This document shows positions 27,465 to 40,290 of a stretch of DNA of 64,000 nt, one piece after another (within the stretch, counting starts at the first letter, position 1; each line of letters begins with the position of its first letter). The stretch is from assembly GCA_951406725.2 (NCBI GenBank), contig OX597820.1, positions 122,574,001-122,638,000 of the forward strand. Reading direction: 5' to 3'. The notes below the pieces were generated by a model. That model had not been told where the DNA came from. It did not search any database and saw only the letters and a program-made list of their open reading frames with translations. This DNA is from Octopus vulgaris. Its lineage: Eukaryota. A program made the position numbers and the translations under genes.

Positions 27465-27696
27465 ATTTCTTTACTACCCACAAGAGGCTAAACACAGAGA
27501 GGACAAACAAGGACAGACAAACGGATTAAGTCGATTACATCGACCCCAGTGCGTAACTGGGACTTATTTAATCGACCCCGAAAGGATGAAAGGCAAAGTC
27601 GACCTCGGCGGTATTTGAACTCAGAACGTAACGGCAGACGAAATACGGCTATGCATTTCGCCCGGCGTGCTAACGTTTCTACCAGCTCGCCGCCTT
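27465..27696 (-). mobile_element. SINE family A inserted in the hAT ORF
   Basis: Direct repeat TTCCATTTATCTTACCT at 27448-27464 and 27701-27717; near-identical to the 37594 and 40069 copies. Confidence 0.92.
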
Positions 27697-27901
27697 ATCC
27701 TTCCATTTATCTTACCTTGTTGAATCTGGTGTCAGCCATGTCACTAATTTACTGTGAAAAGCTCGTAATCGAATCGACATTGTAGAAAAAGGTGATCTTC
27801 GATTATCATTGACAACATTAGAGCAGAATATTTTAAAACTAGCAAAGCAGCACCAACCACCAGAGTTGCATTTAACAAATTAACATTAAAATACTGTCTT
27901 A

Positions 27902-28285
27902 GGATCTTTTCGGTTTGAACGGCAGTTTTTTCTAGCGGTGTCATATGAAATTGTCACCCATAATTACGACCCTAGTATCGATCTATTGCATTTCAATCTG
28001 TATCTTTTTTCTTCACAAATGTAAATAAACCCAATCTGTTTCTTAAACGAGGGACATATTCATACAGCACAGAATGTATTTTACATCAATAGATGTCATT
28101 GATTGATTGAAATTGCAGAAATTGAAGAAAAAAAAACAACAGATATCTTACAAACTACAGAATTTTCTCAATAAAGCCAAGAGAAAAAGATGTTTTATAA
28201 ACACATTCTACCAGTATACGAAGTTTAAAATTTTTTAGTTACCTAGAAATTATGTTAAAAACTACCGTTCAAACCGAAAAGATCC
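27902..28285. mobile_element. MITE with about 29-bp TIRs and 8-bp TSD (Merlin-like)
   Basis: TIR GGATCTTTTCGGTTTGAACGGCAGTTTTT; TSD CTGTCTTA at 27894-27901 and 28286-28293. Confidence 0.92.
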
Positions 28286-28719
28286 CTGTCTTATTTTAAT
28301 AAATATATACTTCTATATTTAAGACTAATTTTAGTTGTAAACATTCATTTTCCATAGAATTTAGTTTATAAATTGTTTATAGGTCTACAATAGACAAGAT
28401 ATTTGTACAATTTTTATACAAGTCCTAACAATATTAAATTATAAAGACACAATATGAATTATAAAACAACAAATGGGTATGGTGTGTGTGGGTGGGTGAA
28501 GCACAAGAGTAAAATAGGAATCAAAGGGACGACAAGCAAAAAAAAAAAAAGGGTTCAGAACCCCTGGTTTACATGGTTGTAGGAAATTGAGAGTTTGAAA
28601 CAGAGCTGACTGGGACTATTTTCAAGGAATTTCCCCCCAGTTTGACCCGATTGTAATTGAGGTAGCTAATTAAATATCTCGATAATATTTGGAAAAGAAG
28701 GTATAATTTTCTCTCTTTT

Positions 28720-29123
28720 ATCTTTTCTCTTTTACTTGTTTCAGTCATTTGACTGCGGCCATGCTGGAGCACCGCCTTTAATCGAGCAACTCGACCCCGG
28801 GACTTATTCTTTTTGTAAGCCCAGTACTTATTCTATCGGTCTCTTTTGTCGAACCGCTAAGTGACGGGGACATAAACACACCAGCTTCGGTTGTCAAGCA
28901 ATGCTAGGGGGACAAACACAGACATACAAATACACACGCGCATATATATATATATATACGACGGGCTTCTTTCAGTTTCCGTCTACCAAATCCACTCACA
29001 AGGCTTTGGTTGGCCCGAGGCTATAGCAGAAGACACTTGCCCAAGGTGCCACGCAGTGGGACTGAACCCAGAACCATGTGGTTGGTAGGCAAGCTACTTA
29101 CCACACAGCCACTCCTGCGCCTA
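28720..29123 (-). mobile_element. SINE family B, full length
   Basis: tRNA-like head, internal microsatellite and tail GGCGGTGCTCCAGCATGGCCGCAGTCAAATGACTGAAACAAG. Partial copies at about 32055, 32848, 35515, 36560 and 49435. Confidence 0.92.
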
Positions 29124-30139
29124 TGTGATATTTTTTTTATAATCTTCTAACATTTGACCAAGATATGTTAAATTTTGTTGTATTTCCGATCTTCCTGATG
29201 TCTAAGGATGGATGTTTATGCGTAGGACTCTTTCCAAAAAGAATCCTAGAGAACTGGAAAAGCATATTTACCTTGTCTTACCCATTTTGCCCTGCCTAAA
29301 TTTGTCTTTTACATGCTCAAAGAGAAGGCTAATCATTTTCTGAAATAGTGTTCTGAACAGGTTTTACTGCGTTTAGAGAAGGTCTTTACTTCGCTGATAT
29401 AGTTTTGGTAAGGTAATGAACATTTCTAAAAATATTTTTTCCTCAGAATAAAAACTGCAGTAAATATTACTCATTGTGCCCCGCCTACTCTTACTAGAAC
29501 CTGGAAAAGCAAACTTTAGGAAATAATTGTTTGAATTACTTCATTTTTATCGGGGTGTCCCCCGCTCTTGTTTTTCTTTCACGCATTGCAAAACAATGAA
29601 GGGAAGCCGTTTTAAAAGAAGAATTTTTTAAATCCATGTCTTTTAAATGTTGGTATCTCCACCTCCACTCACACTCTCTCTCTCTCTCACTCATTCACAC
29701 ACACACTCATCATGCCTTTGTAATAGCAACACCCATAAAAATGATATTTTTCTTTTTCGTGATTTTCTGTCATTTTATCTTATTCTACATTCTGAAACAT
29801 ATGTAACTCACGTTAAAAAAAAAAAAAAAAATCTTACTCCCTCTTCCCTCCTTCATTGTACTTTTCACAATGAAGGAAAAGTCAAACACCGCAAGTGGAT
29901 GTGTGAAAAACGAAATTTGAATTTGGAAAAAGTGTGTCTATAAAGCGATATTTTCAGTCATTTATTTAAACATTCTCTGCTAACTCATCAAATTCAGTTA
30001 TTTGAAATAGATGGGTTTTGAGATTTAAATTTGGAAATTTATAAGATATTAATACTTATGTGAAAGGGGCCCACCGAACTTGAAGTGCCCCGAGTCCCGC
30101 AGGGTGTAAATTCGGTCCTGCATATGTATGTCTCTTATT

Positions 30140-30450
30140 TTTCAATTATTATAAATCTTCCATTGGGGAGGGAGCCGGTTTCCAACAAAGATACAAGGCT
30201 CCATCTTTGGGATATAGTTAACACAGACAAATTCACATTTGGAGCTTGAGAAAAGCCTTGCATATTTTTCCACTCACAGTTTCTCTTTCTGAAAATCCCA
30301 GTTTATCCAGATTCTCCTTTAAGCATTTACTAACAAAACCTAGTGCTCCAATTATTATTGGTATGAATATGAATTCATAGTCTGGATATAGAAACTGGAA
30401 GTTTCGAAGCAGTTCTCCTTAGATATCCTCTTTTTCTTTGATTTTCAAAG
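30140..30450 (-). mobile_element. R4/Dong-like 3' end fragment
   Basis: Minus strand ELLRNFQFLYPDYEFIFIPIIIGALGFVSKCLKENLDKLGFSE, homologous to 56470-56560, plus a similar 3' tail. Confidence 0.75.
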
Positions 30451-30958
30451 AGATATGTATATATGTGTGTATATTGACATGCTTTTCGTCTTCCATACTT
30501 CTTATTCCTCACAATTAATCTTCAAAGGTGACATTAAACCAAAATATTTCAACCTGCTTTTCTGACCTTACAGCCATAAAATTCAAACATTTTGCTTCAT
30601 AATCCGTAAAGTAAAACGCAAGACAACGAAGAAATAGAATCTTGAAATTTGAAATGAATGGAGATGAAAGAAAAAGAATAAAATATAAACGGACGAAGAA
30701 ACGAATGTTATTTATTTATGGAACGCAGTCAAAGATTCTAGAATGGCGGAAATGTTCGGCGAACCGCTAATTCTTTGGCCACATAAAATGTTAGATAACA
30801 GTTGACAGAAAAGAAAAGTCTGCTGTAATATTAAAAGAAGCATAGACGGATATTTTTGTAGAAAAATGAAGCGAATTACACTTGCACAATTGGAGACACA
30901 GATATAAATGCACACAAACATACGTGCATGTAGACACAATCCTTCTTTCACCCACCAT

Positions 30959-30993
<35 letters not shown>

Positions 30994-31774
30994 CAAAATA
31001 ATAACTAAAACATATGCATATATACATACATATATGTACGTACCTACATCTATATGTATATATACATGCATATATAGGTACAGGACACCAAAAAAAAAAA
31101 ACAAAAGAAACGAAAACATAAAAACAGAACCATGGAAACGGACATTTCTTTTTTAACAACACATACATACATGTGTGTGATTTTATATTTATGAGTTGTC
31201 TGTGTGTGTATTGGAAGAGAAGGGTATTTTGCACAAGTCTATCTAACATAACGTTCAAATACCCCTATCTGCCAGTGTGAATATTCAGACATACAATGCC
31301 TACAGAAAAAAAAAACACGCAGAGAATTGTTATGAGCCTGAAGCATACTTGTATGTATGTCTATTTATATATTTATGTGTATGTGTGTATATATACATAT
31401 ACGTACACAGATAATTACATTACACGCACGCACACACATGTATACATAGATATGCATTGATATCATCGTTTCGTATGCTTCATAATGTCTTGCAGTAGAT
31501 ATTTTCTTGCAGGCTGAGAAAGCGAGGTTAATAAAGTAAAATGTCGGAATATATTGCCAAACCATTTTGCTGCAACGATCTGTAAGATTAGTTTGGTAAA
31601 GCCAGGATAACGGTATGGCCAACAATGGGTCGTTGAATGCAATCTATTCTGTCTGCGACGCACTGTTTCCGCTCTGGAATGGTCGGACTTAGCTTGATTA
31701 AAGAATTAGCAAGACTTCATTGCACTTAGTGTTCACTCATTTCTAGAAGCTGACTTTTGCGTTCTGTGGACATG

Positions 31775-31814
<40 letters not shown>

Positions 31815-31946
31815 CTTGTTTGTGCGCATATGTATGTATAAACATGTATATGTATGCTTTCCAGTTCAGATAAATGTATATAACCATGTGTGTGTGCTTC
31901 TATGCTTGTTGTGTGTGTGTGTGTGATTATGTTTGTATGGGCGTAT

Positions 31947-31987
<41 letters not shown>

Positions 31988-32643
31988 CATACATATATAC
32001 GCATACATATCTATACACATATACATACATACATGTCTATATATATATATATTTTCTTTTACTTGTTTCAGTCATTTGGCTGCAGCCATGCTGGAGCACC
32101 GCTTTAGTCGAACAAATCGACCCCAGGACTTATTCTTTGTAAGTCTAATACTCTTTTTATCGGTCTCTTTTGCCGAACTGCTAAGTTACGGTGACGTAAA
32201 CACACCAACGTCGCTTGTGTTTATTGATCCTAAAAGTACATGAATAGAACAACGTATCCCGTCCAATCCCGTCTTAAAAAATCTCTGGAAGCACGATTCC
32301 GTTTATTTGGATGTAAATTACTGACAACCAAAGTTATCTTCTACTAAAAATTATATATATATATAACTCTCGCCCACCCACCTCCCAACAACATCACACC
32401 ACACCACACTACACCATACAACATTACACATCACATCACACAACACCCACACACCCACATTTCCACACCTACACATACTTACACGCACACGTCCAGACCA
32501 CCAGCCCTCTTTCACACGCACATACATACTCTCTTATACACACACGCACCTTCGTGTTGGGGGTAATCTTCACTTTGTTATCTCCTCTATTTTCATTCTC
32601 GTGTGTGACCCTTCTGCCCGATTCAGAATGATAGACCGTTACC

Positions 32644-32809
32644 CACTACACACATTTTTTCTCTCTCCTTGTTTTCTGTGTCCCTTTCTGTAGAAGAGCG
32701 TAGGCTCGAAACGTAAAAGACTTTTTCTAGTCCTGAGCGTTATACTAATACATCTGTTTGTTTTGTAAACCATCCGTCTTCGTCTTTTGTTTATTTCCGT
32801 AAATTCTCC

Positions 32810-32810
<1 letters not shown>
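32644..32810 (+). mobile_element. Repeat fragment (pLTR-like) with an HHR-like fold at 32684-32719
   Basis: CTTT CTGTAGA A GAGC-GTAG-GCTC GAAAC GTA AAAG; second near-identical copy at 46488-46655. Confidence 0.65.
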
Positions 32811-32849
<39 letters not shown>

Positions 32850-33295
32850 GCTCCTTCCTACGGTCCGTCTACCAAATCCACTCACCAGCTCTTGATCGGG
32901 CCGAGGCTATAGAAGAAACTAGCCCAAGGTGCCACGCAGTGGGACTGAATCCAGAACCATGTGGTTGAGAAGCAAACTTCTTACCACACAGCCACTTCTG
33001 TGCCTATATATATATATATATTTATATTTTTTAATTAATTTTATGTATTGGCTTATGTTTTTCACTGTTTCATTTGCCTAATGGTGGTTTTATCTCTAAT
33101 TTAATATAATATATATATATATATATATATATTTCTATTTTTACTCTTTTATTCTCTTGTTACCACAGCTATTCCTACCATACCACTACCAATAATAACA
33201 AAAACAAAGACAATTTAATTTAGCAAAATCACTCACTGATTGGTCAGAATACAGTTTGCAAAAATTAACATTCTTGAGCCTATAGAAATAAAAGC

Positions 33296-34384
33296 GATTA
33301 GATATTGGGTAGAAAAACATGAAGTGATCCTTAACAGATTCACAGTACTATTTATATTACACACACTCAGGCTTATTCTAGAAAACAACGCATTATTCAA
33401 TGGAAAGAATTACATATAAATTAAAGGCACAGCAATGGGAACGAAATTTGCTATCATTTACGCGAACTTTGTAATGGGATTTCTAGACCAACAACTCTAC
33501 CAAGAAGTAGAAGTAACAATAGCACTGGATTTAGAAATTATATTGAAAAGGAATGGAAGATGATTGTTTCATAATCTGAACAGAATCTCTAAATACTCTG
33601 GGAGAGTTCAATATCCTCCAGAGCAACTACACCCATCTCTCCAATTTACAAAGGAGATGAGTAGTACCAAATTACCATTCCTTAATATAATGGTAATTAA
33701 AAAGGACACCACCATTACCACAGATGTATACAACAAACACACGAACACGCATCAATACCTGAATTTTAAGTTGTGCCATCCACAAGATACAAAATGCAAC
33801 ATCCCATACTGCCTAGCCAGAAGAATTTGTACCATTGTAGATGATGCAACATCAGGAACAAACGCCCAACAGAACTAAGAGAATTTTTGCTTAAACAAAA
33901 ATACCCGTCTCTACTAATAGAAAATGGCATACTGCGGGCTATAAAAATACCCATACAACTGAGGACAACCTAAAGAAAAGGTAAACAGAAACAAGTCATA
34001 CTATTTATAGTGTCACCAGAATATCTTCAACATTGCTAAAGCAAACCTACCAAATATTGCTCAATGTAATGAATTAAAAGATATAATCATAGATCGAGCT
34101 GCAAAAGCAGAAATTTGATTTATTGCATCAAATGCCTGAATTGTGAAGAACTATATCTAGGTCAGAATGGAATTGCACTATCAGAACGTTCATGTGTGCA
34201 CCGAGAGGGAATTAGAGACCCAGATGTCCGTCAGATAGCTTTGAGTAACTATCTGGCAACATGCGGTCGGACAATATTTATAACAGTTCCATTCTACAAA
34301 CTACACCGTCCAGTTGAAATTGAGAGAAAAATCAGAGAAAAGAACTTTATTAATAAATTCCAACCCAAGCTAAATAAACAATAA
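33296..34384 (+). mobile_element. Penelope-like element, decayed RT plus GIY-YIG endonuclease
   Basis: KGTAMGTKFA, LHPSLQFTKE...LPFLNI...DVYNKHTNTHQYLNFKLCHP, IYCIKC..CEELYLGQ...RKIREKNFINKFQPKLN. Confidence 0.92.
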
Positions 34385-34914
34385 TACTAATACTTAGAGG
34401 TACTATTTCTACTGCCACGACCACTACAACTAACAATAATACTAAAGGTGCTCATGATGACGATAGCAGGAAAATGCTAAGTCAAGAGAAAAGGCAGTAA
34501 AAATAATCTTATTTTGGGGTTTAAAGTTCTACTACCACAGCTACTCCTACCACCACTACCACCACCAACAACGATGACAATAACAAAGGCGATGATAATA
34601 GTGATGATGATAATTTAAATGTAAAAATCCTTGGCAAATGTTGTTTACAACATTTCTAAAAATAGCCCAACAATTACTGCTTTGGCCAGAGTGAAAATGC
34701 AGGTCTCTTGACATGTTCGACAAACTGTGACGCCTAAACCAAACACCAATCAACTTAAGAAATTTAGTAAAGTCACACACTGATTGGTCAGAATACAGTT
34801 TGCAAAAATTAACATTTTGGAACCTACACAAATGTATTTAAGGCACACAGTTTACCCATCTCACTACAGTTGTAAATTGTAAAACATAACGGTCACGACT
34901 ACAACATGAACCTG

Positions 34915-35458
34915 AAGATTACATTCTGATATTCCTTGAAGAAATTTGTCCAGATTCCGTTTAAAGAAAAAAGGATCCTTTTCCTCTTTGATCTGTTTCG
35001 GGAGAATGTTAAATAGGGCAGGACCTGTTGAGGAAAAGAAATAGTGCTGCAGTGTTTTTATGTGTTGTGATCCATTAATTTTGTGATCCAAGAATTTTGA
35101 AGCTAATGTTGAGGTCGTTTGGGCAATGCTGGTGGTATATTCTCCACATCGTGCAAATGATGTATCGCTCACGGCAGCGCTGGAGAAAATAGAGTTTCAA
35201 TGCTTTAAGACGGTCCCCAGTAATAGAAATCAGTCATGCCCTTAATTCTTTCAGTGAATGACTTCTGGAGTGATTCAGTTTTCGAGATGTTTTGTTTTGT
35301 ATGAGGAGACCACAGGGGGCAGCAGTATTCGAGATGTGGCCGTTCAAAGGAAGAGAAAAGAAGAATGATGACACCTTGTTCTCTTCACCGGAAGCTTCTT
35401 AGGGTCAAGGAGCTCATTCTACGAGTTATATCGACATTATTGCTGATGTGGGCACTTC
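34915..35458 (-). mobile_element. LINE 3' fragment (CR1/L2 group)
   Basis: HLEYCCPLWSPH and HYFFSSTGPALFNILPKQIKEEKD...FKRNLDKFLQ. Confidence 0.85.
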
Positions 35459-35699
35459 TTATCTTTTATCGATTCTCTATTTATTTATGCATCGTTTAAT
35501 TTATTTATATATCTTTTATTTATTTTAGTCTGTGGCCATGCAGAGGCATCGCCTTGAAGAGTCTTTGTCGAACGAATCAGCCTCAGGGCTTATTTCTTTT
35601 AAAAACCTGATCCTAATTTTATGGGTCTCTGATGCTGTAATGCCAAGTTTCAAGGACGTTCACAAAGCAGCCCCGGTTATCTAACGGTAATGGGAGACA

Positions 35700-35746
<47 letters not shown>

Positions 35747-36041
35747 TAATAAATAAAATAATATTAAATATAAAAATATACATACATATATATATATATA
35801 TATATTTGTATATATATATTTAAAATTTATAAGTTTAAATTATTTAAATATTTTTTTAAATTTTAACTTTTATATTTAAAAATTAATTTGATGTATTGGC
35901 TTATGTTTCCACTGTTTGATTCGCCTAATAGTGGTTTTATCTCTAATTTAATATAATATAATATATTTATACTATAAAATTGGATTTAATCCTAAATCTA
36001 ATTTTCCCTGGAAGTTTGGATTTATTCCCTAATATCATTAT

Positions 36042-36086
<45 letters not shown>

Positions 36087-36179
36087 CAACAATTGAGGGT
36101 AAAATTAATTAATTATTAATCAATTTCACCAAGTATTCAGTATGTAAAGGGACCATTTTAGGCGAATTCAAAATATTAC

Positions 36180-36478
36180 ATTATATATAAGGGCTTAGTA
36201 AAATAAAAATTACTTTGCCACATACTGAACTCATTAATAAATAGCAGCTAAAGAAATTTCTTCAGCTATTTCTAATACTTAAAGAAGATCTCTCTCAGAT
36301 AGTGCTTGCCTAGACCAACCCACAAAGGTATACCTTTGTGGGTTGGTCTAGGCAAGCACTATCTGAGAGAGATCTTCTTTAAGTATTAGAAATAGCTGAA
36401 GAAATTTCTTTAGCTGCTATTTCTAATGAGTTCAGTATGTGGCAAAGTAATTTATTTTACTAAGCCCTTATATATAAT
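36180..36478. repeat. Spacerless palindrome with about 150-bp arms
   Basis: Centre CACAAAGGTA|TACCTTTGTG at 36330/36331; the arms match apart from a few differences in the outer part. Confidence 0.97.
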
Positions 36479-37593
36479 ATATATATATATATATATACAC
36501 ACACACTCACATACCTAAAAGCATGTATGTGTGTGTGTGTGCAACATATATATATGTATGCAACAGGCTTGTTTCAGTTTGCGTTTACTAAATCCACTCT
36601 CAAGACATTAACCGAACCGAGGCTAGAGTAAAATACACTTGTCTAAGTGGCCACGCAGTGGGACTGAACCTGGAACCATGTGGTTGGGAAGCAAACTTCT
36701 TGCAACTGAACCACACACATACATATACAAGCACACACACATTTTATATACACATGCATATATACATACATGTGTGTGTATGTATGTATTCTATTGTGCA
36801 TGAGGTGTATGCAATCGATTTGAGGTCAATCGTTAGGTAAACGACTGCATTTGCGATAAAACCGACAGATTTTGATGGTCACAAATTCAGCAATGACGTC
36901 ATTAGAGGAAGCCATAACGAAGACACATACAACAAGTTGGCGCGCTGTGCAACTGGCTGGTTATAAAGTGATTGAGTAGGTCCTTGTATTACTAGAAGCT
37001 AGACATATAAAGGCTAGAGAGCATTGAATGAATGATATTTACATTATCCACCACAGAGGAAAGAAACTGCAATCTTAACGCACAGAGTTCAGGACACGGT
37101 TACGTTTAATTGTTATCTGTTTCTTCTGCTTCTCCGTTGGTCACATTTTTAAGTCAATAATTACAACAGACAAATACCGTGGTATGGCAGAATCGATTGA
37201 GCGACGGACATTTTCTGGCTTCCAATCCAAACTATGCAAAGTTTGATTTCCTCCTCTCTTTGAAGAACATGAAATAAAGTACATTTCACTTAATGTGGTT
37301 GATATAATCAAACTCTGCAACCAAATGTTCTCGGCTTACTCCCGACTCATTACAGCAAGAAATTGATTGGTTGGGCGGTATGAAATGCAGGATGTCGACA
37401 AGCAGATGGCAAACTCCTGTGTGCAACATGTGGCCCTAAAAATAATAGGAAATTACTTCGATGACTGACAACAACGAGGACTGAACCGACCAATGGAATT
37501 TTATGACCGAGAAACATTTTTAAAAATTTCTTTTAATTTTTTTCTATTTTGTCTGAATATCTAACGAATATCTAACTGTTATTAAATACCTAT

Positions 37594-37824
37594 TTCTTTA
37601 CTAGCCACAAGGGGCTAAACACAGAGAGGACAAACAAGGACAGACAAACGGATTAAGACGATTACATCGACCCCAGTGCGAAACTGGTACTTAATTTATC
37701 GACCCCGAAAGGATGAAAGGCAAAGTCGACCTCGGCGGAATTTGAACTCAGAGCGTAACGGCAGACGAAATACCGCTAAGTATTTCGCCCTTCGTGCTAA
37801 CGATTCTGCCAGATCGCCGCCTTA
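37594..37824 (-). mobile_element. SINE family A
   Basis: Direct repeat AACTGTTATTAAATACCTAT at 37574-37593 and 37825-37844. Confidence 0.93.
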
Positions 37825-38515
37825 AACTGTTATTAAATACCTATAACTCTAACCAAATGTGTTGATTTCTTTCTTTTGCGCACTCACTTGTGTGTGTGTG
37901 AGGTGGTGGTGCGTGTATAACAATATATATCCATTAAGTTCATTTACAGGAAGCGTTTGACAGCCAGAAACAATAAGAATATCAACACCAGTGACGCCAC
38001 AGATAGAGGCGGGAAGAACCATGTGCAGAATATATTTTTCAAAAGAGTCAACAGTGTCAGGTACAATATTTATGGAACTAAAAGATACCATTTTGATATA
38101 CGACAATCTTGTCGCGATATTTCAGAAAACTGCTTTAATGTCTCAACACAGAACACTCCATATTCCAGGAAGACAAATCCCATCACAACGGAAAGAGTTT
38201 GATAATGTGAAATATTGCATCCATGATACTTAAATAACACAAATGTCATTGATAAAGAAATTAGAGACGATACAAGAAATCTATAAGCTTTAAATTAAAA
38301 CCAAATATACAAGGCACCTTAATACAATAAACACACACACAGATGTATGAATAAGGCTGATAAGTCGGAATAAAGAATACACTCATTATAAAGCAACAGA
38401 ATCAGTTTGTTAATAGAATCTTATAAATTTCAAACAATGGTTAACTGAAGAAATAATATATTTCTAAATCTCTCAGAGAGATTTATGCAGTAGAAGTACG
38501 ATAAAGTGATAGTAT

Positions 38516-38756
38516 GTTGTCAAATTAATATGACAGTCCCATAAAAGGGAAGAATGCTACAGTTATTTAGCCCTAGGTAACACCGTTTCCTGTTGGACGT
38601 GACACATTTTCTATGTCCTTATGTTTTCAAAGAGAAGATAAGCACCCCAACCCAGCAAGACTAGTTCCAGAGTCATTGCTCATCACCAGTGTTTCCTAGG
38701 GCTAAATAACAGTAGCATTCTTCCCTTTTATAGGACTGTCACATTAAGTTGACAAC
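38516..38756. mobile_element. pLTR-derived element with about 68-bp terminal inverted arms
   Basis: GTTGTCAAATTAAT...CCCTAGGTAACAC is inverted against GTGTTTCCTAGGG...TTGACAAC. The body matches 50461-50665, which carries an HHR. Confidence 0.8.
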
Positions 38757-39597
38757 AAACCATCACTTTAATGATTAACGGTGTCTGATGATTGTTTAAT
38801 GAAACTTCCTGCTTAAAACAACTCAATTTACATGAAACTACTCGATAATTTGACCGATACGTATGTACATGGATACATAGGCACACCTCCACCGATCCTA
38901 CGTGCCACCAGGCTGCAATATTTTAACATACTCCGAAATGGCCTATAATTGCAAGATATTTCTCTGCATCCAACATCATGGTTTTCAAAGAATACAGGTA
39001 ACAGAAGACACAAGAAATAGTATCACAAATAATGTATTTCATATTTTAAACAAGCCTCACCTGTAGACACATATTGTTGACCAAGCCAAGTACACTAACT
39101 GCTGTCCGGACACTTGTTCCGTATACCTGGTTACTATAATGACTTAGAAGACAACTCTCCTACTTTGCTCAGGGTCATCTACCAGTTATCGTCTCAGTGA
39201 ATAAGTCACAAAGCTTTTGTGGACTTCAAAAATAAAAAATAAAAATCAACAGAAAGAGCTACGCTATGAAAAAGAATAAAGGTTTTCAAAGTTCAACGAC
39301 ACCATAACTGTAACGGGAACTGTGAGTTCTTAGTCAAGAAAATAATTGAAGCGATAAAAAGCAAACCACAATACAACATAAAAAACATTCAATCTGGATT
39401 ACACAACAGAAATAGATAAAAAATCGTTAAAACATAGGGAGAACGTGAAACGCATCAAAACACCAACTGAAATAAAACTCAAAAATGCTAAACAATAAAA
39501 CGAGAAAAAACATGAAAAGAGATTGTTGCAAAACAGCAACTGACAAACACCGTAAACAGCAAAAACAACAAACCAAAGAATAAAACTCTTTACAAAG

Positions 39598-39960
39598 AGG
39601 CGTAGGAGTGGCTGTGTGGTGAAGAAGCTTGCTTACCAACCACATGGTTCCGGGTTCAGTCCCACTGCATGGCACCTTAGGCAAGTGTTTTCTACTATAA
39701 CTTCGGGCCGACCAAAGCCTTGTGAGTGGATTTGGTAGACGGAAACTGAAAGAAGCCTGTCGTATATATATATATGTGTGTGTGTGCGTTTGACAACCGA
39801 TGTTGGTGTGATTACGTCCCCGTAACTTAGCGGTTCAGCAAAAGCGACCAATAGAATAAGTACTAGGCTTGCAAAGAATAAATCCTGGGGTCGATTTCTT
39901 CGACTGAAGGTGGTGCTCCAGCATAGCCGCAGTCAAATGACTGAAATAAGTAAAAGAAAA
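39598..39960 (+). mobile_element. SINE family B, near full length
   Basis: Matches the reverse complement of 28720-29123. Confidence 0.92.
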
Positions 39961-40068
39961 AAGTAGTGATGACAACAGCAAGAACACCAACAGCCGTTGC
40001 TATAGTAACAGTCTCAAAAAATATACTCATGCAACAGGAAAAACTTTATGAAGCATTTCTCAAAAATA

Positions 40069-40290
40069 TATTTCTTTACTATCCACAAGGGGCTAAACAT
40101 AGAGGGGACAAACAAGGACAGACATACGGATTAAATCGATTACATCGACCCAATGCGAAACTGGTACTTTATTTATCGACCCCGAGAGGATGAACGGCAA
40201 AGTCGACCTCGTCGGAATTTGAACCCAGAACGCAACGGCAGACGAAATACGGCTACGCATTTCGCCCGGCGTGCTAACGTTTCTGCCCCG
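40069..40290 (-). mobile_element. SINE family A
   Basis: Matches the 27465 and 37594 copies. Confidence 0.9.

Larger units (their letters stand above)
25940..28566 (+). mobile_element. Decayed hAT (Buster/Charlie-type) transposon with nested SINE and MITE
   Basis: KPMCLVC BED-like start, SYEISKMIAKVGKLNTIGEAIILPA, IPLSNSSVSRCIDEIA, FYLSNIFDKINLINTQLQG, C-terminal GDLRLSLTTLEQNILKLAKQHQ. The 3' TIR-like GGGTTCAGAACCCCTG lies at 28551-28566. No 5' TIR was found. Confidence 0.88.

Noticed and set aside
30160-30205. GAGCC...GAAACCGGCTC stem at R4/Dong 3' ends as another permuted hammerhead
   Set aside because: No CUGANGA strand and no consistent stem I in either copy
37950-38060. Possible 111-bp exon between AG and GT
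   Set aside because: No recognisable homology and no partner exons
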